This document shows positions 35,101 to 47,299 of a DNA stretch of 64,000 nt, in pieces. The translations under genes and the position numbers were made by a program. Source of the stretch: Asterias rubens (taxonomy: Eukaryota); NCBI RefSeq assembly GCF_902459465.1, contig NC_047075.1, positions 10,912,001 to 10,976,000 of the forward strand. The letters are read 5' to 3'. Under the pieces are notes generated by a model. The model made no database searches and had not been told where the DNA came from. It worked only from the letters and a program-made list of their open reading frames with translations. Positions within the stretch are counted from its first letter, which is position 1, and every line of letters starts with the position of its first letter.

Positions 35101-38100
35101 TCTTAAATTTGAAAAAGAAACTCGTAAAAGCACGATTTTCTTTCATACTTGACTATGCCTTAATTGTTGCACTCCCTATATCAATTGTGCATTATTGTTT
35201 CAACAACTTTGTTTTCATAGGTAAATATACCCAGGAATTTTTTTATTAAAAGAGTAATTCATATAACACCTTAATGTTTGGTAATTTTGAGGTCAAAGGG
35301 CCAAATAAACTGAAAGTTTTGACATTTTAGATTTTTTTTACCAAATGTTACCCCAAGTGTTAGATATATCCATAAATTATCACAATGACATGCTAAGCCT
35401 ATAAATTACATTAAGAGTTAGTATTTAGTTTTGTTTTGATGCGCTACCGGATAAGCATCGCTGGTCTCACAGAAGATCGTATCCCTGGAAATGGTGAATG
35501 CCGTGTCAATAAGTACACTATGTACCACTCGGGGGAACAAGCCGGACGGAGGGAGTCGCCTTGCTTCTAAACGACAAGGTAAACCAATCTCTCGTACAAT
35601 GGACACCAGTCTCCAAGCGGATCCTTCATGCTCGATTACGTCTCAGACACGGTTATATCACAATTATTGTGGTCTACGCACCGACCGAGTTATCCTCTAC
35701 AGTAGACAAGGATAACTTTTACAACCAACTGGAACCTATCATCCACTCTACTCCACCTCACGACCAAGTCCTAGTCATTGGTGATCTGAATGCCGTCATC
35801 GGAAGAGAGCGTGCAGGTTATGAACGCGTTGTTGGGAACTTCGGTTCTGGAAGACCAAATGACAACTCGGCACGCCTCCTCAACATGTGTTCCCTAACCA
35901 ACTTGTCAATTGTTGGCTCCTTCTTTAGACGGAAAGAAATTCACCGATTATCTTGGTTATCCAATGATGGCCACACCAGGAAGGAGTTGGACCATATGTT
36001 GACTAGGAACTGCTCGATCTTCTGCACCTGTCGTGTATTCAAGGGAGCAGAGGCCCCAGCAAACACGGACCATCGAATAGCTGTTGGCACAGTCAAGCTC
36101 AAGCCCTACCTCAAACCTCCAAAACCAACAACTAAGCGTCTTAACGTGAGATCCATCATTGAAAACTCAAACATCGCCACTAATTACATAAATTCGATGC
36201 CCTCAGTGCCCTCGAAGAAGATCTGGAGTCCTCCTGGTCTACCATACACTCTGTGATTCTGTCTGCTGCTTCTGAAACGATAGGCCTCATCAGGCACCAG
36301 ATGCGTCCGTGGCTATCCAGTGGCACACTGGATATTCTTGACGAGAAGCGCAAAGCGCTTCTGTGTGGGGACACACATGAAACACGCAGATTGAAGGGCG
36401 TCTTTAAAGTTATATGGGAAACTTGCAGACACTGCTGAAGAATGGCTGCGAAGAAACGATCTACGGCCAACCTTCAAGGCCATCAAGTCTCTGCGTTGTC
36501 CCCCTCAAAAGGGAAGCAGCTCCCCACCGGTTACAAAGTCCGATGGCACTCCTTGCAAGACAGCTGAAGAAACAGTGACTCGCTGGCGAGAGCATTACAA
36601 CTCCATGCTCAACCATCTTCCAGCTACACCCTGCCCAGACCTGCACAGGCATCAGCTGCAGTCTCTGCTCCGGACGTCTCCGCTGACGCTCCCACAATGG
36701 CTGATGGACGTGCCGCAGGTCCTGATGGCATTCCTCCCGAACTGATCAAGTGTGCAGAGACCCCGAAAAGTAAAGCCCATCACGAACTGTTCCTCAAAGT
36801 ATGGTCCTCCGGAAGGGTTCCTTCCGATTGGAGGAATGGTGTCATCATCTCTTTATACAAAGGACAAGGTCAGAAAAAACAATGCAACAGCTACAGACCT
36901 ATAACTCTACTATCAGTCCCTGGAAAGGTTTTCTGCCACGTACTCCTGTCTCGCCTAGAACCTCTACTCGTACGTCACCGCCGACTCTAGCAGTCTGGCT
37001 TCACAAGGGGCCGTTCAACAATGGATGCAGTGCTCGCACTTCGACTCCTGTTTGAACTGCACCGCGAGTTTGAAAGACCTCTCCACGTTGCTTACGTCGA
37101 CATCAAGGCAGCATTTGACTCTGTAGATCGGGAAGCCCTTTGGAAAGCCCTGAAAGCCATTTCTTCTTCGCCTGATTCAGGACTTACATGACGGCAGCAC
37201 CTCTACCGTGCGTGTTGGCAACGACATCTCATGCCCCTTCCTCAGCACCTTTGGTGTTCGCCAAGACTGCGTCCTGGCCCCAGCCCTATTTTGCTGTGCC
37301 ATTGACTGGGTACTGTTCACGAGAGAGCCCAACGAGTGGCCTACCAAGCTCCAGAAGTTCGAGGAAGAAGCTGGGACAACGGGTCTACACACATCCTGGG
37401 CCAAAACCAAGATCCAAAACTGCACCGGCCTCGGACCACCTTCTGTTCCAGCGTCTGTTGAGGGCCATGCAGTCGGGACCACAGATAAGTTCAGATACCT
37501 CGGCTGCGACATCTGCTCTGAAGGTCACTCTTCTCCCGACATCCATCGACGACTCGGGCTCGCCTCTTCAACCTTTTGCCAGTTAGATCGCGTGTGGCGG
37601 AACAAGCGTTTCAACCTCAAAACCAAGCTGACGGTGTACACTACATGCGTTCTCCCCATCCTACTCTATGGGTCAGAAACCTGGACACTTTTGGTAGAGG
37701 GTGGCCGTAGGCTTCAAGCATTTAACACCAGATGCCAACGGCGGATACTCGGTGTCCGTTGGTCAGACTTCGTCTCCAACGAATACATTTTGGAAACCAC
37801 CGGTCTCGAGGACATCCGTGTGTCCATCTCACGGCGACGCCACTCCCTCTTCTGCCACGTCCGTCGGGTTGAAGAAGACACTCCAGCACATGCCGCCCTC
37901 AATCTGAGCGTCGACGCTGGAGGGGGACTACGTCCTGGCCTCGCCTGAAAGAGACCAAGAGGGCGACCACGCAACACCTGGTTGCGCCAGCTAGAAGTCG
38001 ACCACCACTCACCGGCACAGCAGCTGTGGCAGTCTGCAAACAATCGTCTGGTTTGGGCGGCTCTACGTCCCCCTTGATGGTCCACAGAGAATGATGATGA

Positions 38101-41100
38101 TGATTTTTTTGTGAACACATGTAAAGTAGAATTAAATCTAACTGTGTGATTTTCTCAAAAGGTGCATATCTTGAGCACGTCAAGGTTGTTTGCACTCACT
38201 ATCCCAACACTGTAATTTGTTGGTTGGCCACACCACTGTGGACAATGAAATTAAAAGCCACTTATTGATTGATCGAATGACTAATTGATTAAATGATTGA
38301 TTATTGATTGATCAATTAATATGTCAAACCTGTGGCAGACATAGCGCATTATAAGTTTCCTATATTCTTATTATTGTTATTTCTGAAGTGTTTCCCCACA
38401 ATGTGCTGTGCTGCTCTGTTTCATACAGTGATCTATCAATGAATGAGCTGACAAAATTTCCAGGAGAACTTCTACGAACACAAAACCAGCTCGTGCACCT
38501 TTACCTCCAACGCAACCACATCACTGCTCTAGACGAAACCATGTTCAAAGGACTTCACTCTCTTGCTTCACTGTAAGTTTTGTTTTCCATTTATTTGCTG
38601 TGTGTCCAAATAAGGGTGGTTAATGTTACGGTTATCTTATTTAAAGGGAGGGTCGTCGTTCCGTAATTTTCACTTTATTTATAACCTTTATTACAAATAC
38701 TGGACCTGGTTTGACCTTCTAAAAAGCTTTAATGTAACTGACAATTAATGTGTTTGATGTGGTGTTATATTGTGCAAACATTTACAATGTGACAATGAAT
38801 AGTAACCAACACATTAGTTTATACAGCTATTACATTTTGCAATGTTTTAAACATTAATAATAATAATAATAATATAATAATAATAATATAATAATAATAA
38901 TATAATAATGCGACAGACACAACAAAATTAATCCTTGAAAACCTGTGACAAAAGATAAGTTTTGAGAAGAGACTTGAACTTTGCGGTACAAAGACAAGAT
39001 CGAAGGTTAAGTAGAAGAGAGTTACAGATGCTTGGCGCGGCTGAAGAAAAAGACATGTCACCCCATGAGTGTCGAGACTTGGGTTCAATGAGGAGAATCA
39101 TGTAACTTGATCGAAGATTCCTTGATGGAGTGTAAACTTGATGCAATTCGGAAACATAGTGGGGAGCCTTGCCATTAAGAGCTGTGTGGACAATGAGCAT
39201 CAGCTTGAAGATGATTCGTTGAGAGATATGGAGCCAGTGTAGTTGTTTCAGAATGGGGTGATAGAACAGGATTTTCTAGACAGTGTCACAATGCGGGCAG
39301 CAGTATTTTGGAGCCGTTGAAGTTGAGAAATCTGGTTGTAAGGAAGACTGTAAAGAAGAGCATTGCCGTTGTCAAGACGAGAAGTAACAAATGCGTGAAT
39401 GACCTTTCCAGTGGCACTTTTGTCCAAGTACTTGCGAATCTTACCTATATTCCTGATGTGATATGATGAGAAACGAACAATGTTGTTGACTTGTGGTTGA
39501 AGTGTCATCGATGAATCAAAATTAACCCCTAACTTCCGAGCTTTCAGCGAGGGGGCTATCTGATCATCACCGATGGAGATGTATGGCACTGGAACCTTAG
39601 TTAACTGTTGACGTGACCCAAATAGAAAGAACTCTGTCTTATCATCATTTAACTTCAGGAAGTTTTGTTGTGTCCAACGTCGAATCTCTTGGATGCATTT
39701 CTCAATTCTTGCAATAGATGCATTAGCCTTTTTTTGAGAAGATTTAAACGTGATGTATAGCTGAATGTCGTCTGCGTACACATGGTAATTCAGATTAAAC
39801 TTCAGGATTATGTCATGAATCGGTAAAGTGTACAGCGTAAACCACTGCGGGCCGAGTACGGACCCCTGTGGCACAGAGTATTTCAAAACAACAGGGTCTG
39901 ATATCGCGGTGCCAATGCATACATGCTGAGTTCTATTGTGGATATACGATTTGCACCATGCTAGGGCTGTGTCCTCTATGCCAAGGTGATTCTGGAGCCG
40001 AGAGAGAAGGATGTTGTGATCAACAGTGTCAAAAGCAGCACTCAAGTCTAGCAGGACTAGAAATGTAAGGTTACCATTGTCCATTGCAGAGAGAATATCG
40101 TTGTTCATACGGACTAGTGCAGCCTCGGTCCCATGGAAAGGCTTGTATGCTGAATGGAACACGTCGGACAGGTTGAAAGTATAAATGTGATCAGAAATAC
40201 GTGATGCAACTACTCGTTCTATGACTTTTCCAAGATAATTTAAGTTTGCAACCGGTGTGTAGTTTGTGAACATCTCCTTGTCCAGGTTTGGTTTCTTGAT
40301 GAGCGGCCTGATGTAGGAAACTTAGAGGCTATCGGGGAAACAACCGGAACTGAGAGATTCATTTACAAGCTTAGTGATGTAGGGTACAAATGTATCAATG
40401 TTTTGCTTTAGCATGGATGTTGACACAGGATCCAGCTCACAGGATTTTGAAGGAGATTTTATAATAACCCTTTGAATCTCAGCAACAGTGGCAGGCTCAA
40501 ACACAGAGTCTACACTCTGGTTGAAGATGTGGCAATGTCTGCGGCACGTTGTAAGGCACTGATGAACATGATGAGCGGATGTCTGAAATCTTGGTGACGA
40601 AGAATTTCTGGAACTCATTTGCTAAGTCATGGTCATTGTAAGTGGATTGAAGGACAGGGGTTTTAGGTTTGAGCAACAACTTACTTATTTTGAAGAGCTT
40701 CTTTTGATCTCCTTAGGATTCTTGTACTTGAGATGAATAATGGATGATATTTGCCTAGTTGATCAAATTCCTAACTACTTTACATTGGTTGCGATATTCT
40801 CGTCGTTGTATTGCCAATTCGCCATTTTCCGCCACTTCCGCTCCAGTTGACGACAGATCTTTTTAGCTGTTCGACTATCATCATTGAACCAGGAGACTTC
40901 AGTTTGGGCCTTGACTGATCTCGTTTTCCAAGGGGCGTATTTATCCAAGATGTCGCTGACTGTACTTTCATATTGGCTGAAATAGGAATCCAAGAAGTCA
41001 CGATCAACTTCTAGATTTGCTTAATGAGTGCCTATGTCGTTAAACTGGTTTGCATTGGTGTTGTGGATGTCATCAACATGAATATTAAAATCGCCGGTGA

Positions 41101-44100
41101 TGATGATGATTTCCGACGGATGAAGCAGATATTCCAAAATCAAATTCTCAAACTCCCTTAAAAAACTTGAAAAAGTCACATGTTGGCCGTTTGAATCTCT
41201 TTCAGGTCTGTATACAATGACAAGGCGAACAAATTTAGAGTTTCTGGAAACTTCTGCATGAAGAGATTCAAAAGTTGTGTACTGGACGTCATTACTTTTC
41301 ACAGAGACAGATAAAGTAGATCTGTACAGTATCGCAACTCCTCCACCAGTCTTGTGAGGTCTTGGGATGAGATGAAAGTAGTAGCCAGCAGGGGTACACT
41401 GACGACATGTTAAGTTGTCGTCTGGTCTTAGCCACGTTTCTCTGAAACAGCAACAAGGTCCAAATCTTTTTGCAGAACAGAATCAGCAAAATCGTCATAC
41501 TGGTTACAGATGGACTGTGTGTTCAGAACACAAAGGCTTAGTTGAGATTTGGCTGGAGTCACTGGTACTGGAACAGATGAGAGTGTAGCTTCGGGTATAG
41601 GAGCTTATGAACAGTTCTACGGCGATCAGCTTTTTTACCATGATGTGTAGGTTGGTAAACAGTGCTGGGATTTGCAAAGACCCAAAGCTCTGCAATGATA
41701 ATATACAGGAAGGCAGCAGAGTTGTAGCACGTGTGGATGGGTCATAACGGAGACTGAGAAGCTTGTTTCGTGAGTAGGAATTTGCTGAGTTTAGACTAGC
41801 TTCTGCTGAGTTTGAGTTATTTACACCGTCAGGGCCGGGACTTTAAGCAATGTCACCAAAAAATACAATTTCCAAATGAAAAGTGACTGGGGAGCTGTCA
41901 TAGTAAGAAATATGGCATTTCAGATATTAACGACGCTGGATGAGTCCTAGATGTGTCTTTTGCAGAATGCAAGCATCAGACACAATTGATGCTGGTGGAA
42001 CAAAGCTGACCACAGATGAGTCAGTACAGTACAATGGTCTAGCAAGCAGAGAGAGAATGAAAAATATACTTACCTCCATTGTCCCCAGATGGGCGAGCAA
42101 TGTCCATGGACTAGGTGGATGACTGCACATGATGCAACCACCTAAGTGTGTGTAAGCTTTATACACCAGAAATCTTAACTGAGACAGTGAGGAATTCCAC
42201 AGAAAAACACTATTTTCACAATTCAGATGACTCCAGGATACACAGAAAAAAAAAAAAGGGGGGGGGGGTGTCTCACTTTCTGCAATATTTTTGTTCTAGT
42301 CATCATGACGAAAAACTTTTATTATTATGCTTAGTTGTTACGGTTTGCCATATATATTTTAATAACCAGATTAGTCAATTACAACTCTGGGTTTTCTTGC
42401 AGATACATCTATCAAAATCCGATAATACAGATGGCAGACTTTCAGTTTTTTGAGACAACCCTAGAATTTCTGTAAGTAAATAAACTCAAAGTTCAATAAT
42501 TAGAATTTTGCAATAATTTTTAGTAATGTTTTGCAGTATTTTAGTAATGTTGGATTTACACCATTAACCATGACATTCTTGCAAAAAGATAACATGGCTG
42601 CTACAGAATTTGGAGCGAAGTCTACGACTGTCCGAACTATTTTATGCGTGGAAGAACACAAAGGGTGTCAATTTGGTAATTTTTGTCCAGGCGGCAGACT
42701 CTCCAATTTAGAGTGCCACTAGGTTTTATTATGGGACCTGTTTTTTCTTTACATGGATCCACTCGAAGAAACGGTGGCCGGGTAGTCTCAGGATTAAGAT
42801 GTAAGCTGAAAACAATAAATATTAAAATGCATGGACCCGTCCAGGCAGAGAGACAACCGTGATATACAACCATTTTGTTCACGATCACAGAGAAAACAAA
42901 ATTCATGGACAATGAGGACCCCCAAAAAAATAGATGTCAGATCGGTAGGACGATAATTAGAAGGGCGATAATTAGAAGGTAATGACATAATTATGTGAAT
43001 ATTCTGCACACAGCAATTTATTTGTTGCTTTTCTCTCCCCTTTGTAGTCTTATGTTTCAGTGTGATTTATCAGAAGTTGGAATGAGACCGTTTGCTACGA
43101 AAGGAGACACCATAAAGCAAATGTGAGTTAAATGTTTGTAATAAAAGAGAAAAAAAAAATGTTTTTGTTACAAATCCGTTCAACATTATTTGTGTTGACT
43201 CATACATATTTCAGTTGAGTGATCACTTTTCACTATGATTGTTGCTTGTTTCTATGTTCATTGTGTCTTGATCTATTTTCCTATGCCTTCCAATTTCGAA
43301 AGATATTGATCTTCGTAACGGCTTATCATTTGTATTTGTGTTAATTGACTGATTAGATTACTCCACGGAAATCCAATTGAACATATTTCCGACACCGTAT
43401 GGCGTGATTTGAGACATGACTGTTACGTGTAAGTACATTAACACACGGTAAGAAAAAGACAACCTAACTGTCCGGATTTGAACAAATAAAAGGAAAATCG
43501 CTGAAACAAACATATTTAATAGTATTATGATGAGAGCAGGGTAAAATCAAATCAAATCTCTTAATTTACGTTTAATTGTTATATCTCGCGTCTTCTTACA
43601 TGTTAATAGATTATTTTAGAAATGGATTTAACAAAAAAGTTGAATGACAGTAAAATGTATAATGTATTATTAAAAGAAAGTCGACTCACCAACGTTTAGC
43701 GAGGTGTCAACCGTATAATTGGCCACAACACTCTTAAGTTTACCCCGTTCTTAGTACATTTCTACAGTTAATTTGGTTTTAATTATATATAAATTATTTT
43801 TTTTTATTTATTTTTTTTTCAAGTCTAAAGGCCCTGTCACACCATGGCGTATCGCCCAAAACGTACAACTTCCCAACAAACTGCATCAAAAAAGTCGAGA
43901 TCGGTGTTGGAAAGGACGGTTCCATAACGTATCCATAGCGAATTGAACGTATACATAGCGTATGACTAACGCATTGATAGCGTTTCACTAACTAAATAAC
44001 AATGTTATGACAGCGTATCGCGGCGTATGCAATCGTATGAGTATTGTGTTGATAGTGTGATGCGTTCAGCGCGACCGACCATGAATAAATGAGAATGAGT

Positions 44101-47100
44101 GAAGGCCCTGTCACACAATGGCGTATCGCATGAACGTAAGCCAACGTATGCGAAATATCGAAAATACGTTGGTGTACGCTAATATAAGTTTTGGGTAAGT
44201 TCGGGAAACGTCGTTTACGATAAGAGCACGTTTGGATACGCTGTTAAAATTGTGAACACATCGAGCCCGCGAATGTTTTTTACGCAAGTTCAAAATTTCT
44301 CTGCGTACTGAACGTGTGCTTCATTTGTTCTGCATAAGTTCCACGTAAAGTCATGGTACGTTAGACATACGTTGACATACGCTGGCATACATTATAGGAA
44401 CGTAACTTGTAGGTCGGTATGCGTTGATATACGTCTGCAAACGGAGAAACGTACAGCCAACTTAGTGATAACGTATCCATATCGTTTTGAACGTATAGAT
44501 AGCATTAAGTGCTCAACTTCGAGATAATGAAGCTGACACGCAAAGTTTCTTTGCAAAATCGTGATCAGAAAAGTGCTCTCGAACCCTTTGAGAATTCACG
44601 AGAAAATGCGAGTGTTCATTAGTGCGTCAGTAAACCGCTCCGTTTGGTGGGAAATGTTTCAACGAAAAAAACTTACAATGAAGGAGGATTATCTTGAGAT
44701 ATTTTATCTTAATGAAGAGTTATCAAATGTGTTCAACTGTATGCACATTTTAAATAAAACCTTCGCAAATTGTGACACGATTAAAAAGGTACGCTTTCAA
44801 TCCTGAGTCAAGTTACGCTTATGTTCCATACACAGCTACGTTTACGTTCCAAGATACCCAGCTACGCTTACGTTCCAAGATATGCGTACGTTCTAAAAGA
44901 TAAGTTCACTTTCTAAGCTACACAGTTACCCAGCTACGTTTGCATTCCAAGTTTTGCTAACATTCCTTCAAGTTACGCTATAATAACAAAAGGTACGCTT
45001 TGAAAGATATGGTTCCGTTTCAGGCTACGCAGCTACGCTCATACAATCCAATATACGTATAGGTTCCAGTTACGCTATAATCAATAGGTACGCTTTCAAT
45101 CAGAGTCAAGCTAGGGTTGCGTTTCAAGAGTTGCAGCTACGCTTACGATTCAAAGAAGATATGGTTCCGTTTCAGGCTACGCAGCTACGCTCATACAATC
45201 CAATATACGTGTAGGTTCCAGTTACGCTATAATCAATAGGTACGCTTTCAATCAGAGTCAAACTAGGGTTGCGTTTCAAGAGTTGCAGCTACGCTTACGT
45301 TTCAAAGTACATTCTCACAAGGACGCTTTTGAATCTCTCAATATTCCCCCCCCCCCGAGATAAAAAAAATATTTTACCGTGAATAACAGGGCCCATTGAT
45401 CAATTTCCTCTGTTTAGCAGAAAATACTGCTTACAAAATGTCTTTACTTTTTAAATGTTTAGTCGGGCACCAGCCCCGGTTTTCAAATTTAATTACAATT
45501 TGACTGGTAATCAGTTTCTGCTATGTAATACCTTTTTTTGTGCTAAGCAAATTGTTGTGCCACTATGAAGGCATTATGAAATTGTGCCCTGGCACGTCGG
45601 GAGTACGTTACGCCACGAGCGCATTCCGATCTGCATCATGGCTATGCGGTAGTAGGCCTAGTTTATTGGTGACAGGAATGCTTTATTTACTTGTCATTGT
45701 CCCATCATATTCTGGGTTAGTTTCTTTCTGTTCTTCGTGACGATCTTTGGCTGTACGTCGAAGCACGAAGGCCTACCTCCATCGTCGAAGGATCTGCCTG
45801 ATCCGTATATTTATGCTGGTTGTTTATAATACATGGATAGACTGGAACCTTATGCTGCGTCGTAGTAAACACGTTGCTATAAACAAAGCACCATTCTACT
45901 TACAACATTATGCGACAATGTCACGAAGATTTGACAGTTGCAACGGCTGGAAACACGTATACGGTGACCTTTAACCGCTTTGTTTTTTTTTAATAATATT
46001 TCGCTAATTACGTGATATTTTACGGGGCGTACAGTTTCAGTTCGTCATAATACCCTTTCAAATTAGTTTACACTATAAACAGCAGATTTGTATTTTATTA
46101 ATGTTTTCCCATTATCAATATATGACCATGCTTTAAAACACATAATAGTATCAAGTAATACTGGTAGCCCACCTTCATGCCCTAAGCGATAACTGCACTG
46201 CGTGTGTTTGTTCAAATTGATTTTAATCATAATTACCAAAGATTACTTGCAATTATTTTTAAAAAAGACTGAACTGTACACCAAAACTATATAAACATTA
46301 TTTGTATTATTTTAACATTGCATATGTGAATAACTTAGTATGCATAGGTTAACCAAATTGATGTAATTAAATTACCTTGTACACTCGAAATTTGATTTCA
46401 GTCCGTAACCTAAGAATATCATTTCGTTCCTCTGGTTTATTTTCAGTTAAACTAATTTTCTTTTTAGATCTGTTGATAACAGTCTTCAAGAAGCACCACA
46501 AACGAATCGGACAGACATTACAATGTAAGTACCCGAATGGAAAATATGAGAAAACTAAAAACAGAAAAAAAAATAATATTTAAAGGCAAATGTCATCATT
46601 GATTTCTTCTATCGAAGTAACTGTTCGTCCCCTCTTTAAAATCTGTAATGTCGTTCAATAACATGTACATTCACATGTTACTTTCGCAGTGAATTAGTCG
46701 GAGACGACTTTATACGTCCATTCGACATGCTGTATGTAGGAAACCGTGGCTTTTCGTCATCGGGTTTTGTGTGCCAAGAAACTTCACAAACCGAGCGTAA
46801 ATGCAGGCCCTGTCATCAGGGAACTTTCGGATCGCAGTCAGGCTGTAGCCCATGTCCGCCAGGTGAGTTTGCAGGAAATGTACTACTTTTAAGGTGCTCC
46901 CATACAGAAAGGGATATACTATTTATTTAAAATGTTAACAGACACTTTTTCCCCTCGAAATACTATTGCATTCCGTCGAAAAATTAATTCGTTTCTTGTT
47001 TTCGTTTCCTTGAAACGATGCTACGTTTCCTCAAAATCATTTCGTTTTCTAAAGATATTTGTTTCTTCCCTAAAAATGTTTGTTTGTTCCCTCAAACATA

Positions 47101-47260
47101 TTAGGCAGCCCAGGAGGCCTTGATATGTCATTTAATTTACCATATCATTACCATATCGCCGCACAATTGGAACATCCTTTAGTTTGTGTGTTGTTTATAA
47201 GTATATATATTTTTTTTTAAATGTTGCCGTTGTTTTCTTATATAACAACAAATACAAATA

Positions 47261-47299
<39 letters not shown>

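Noticed and set aside
43061-43122. Alternative acceptor TTTCAG at 43060
   Set aside because: It gives an in-frame TGA after 7 codons; the upstream AG at 43047 keeps the frame.
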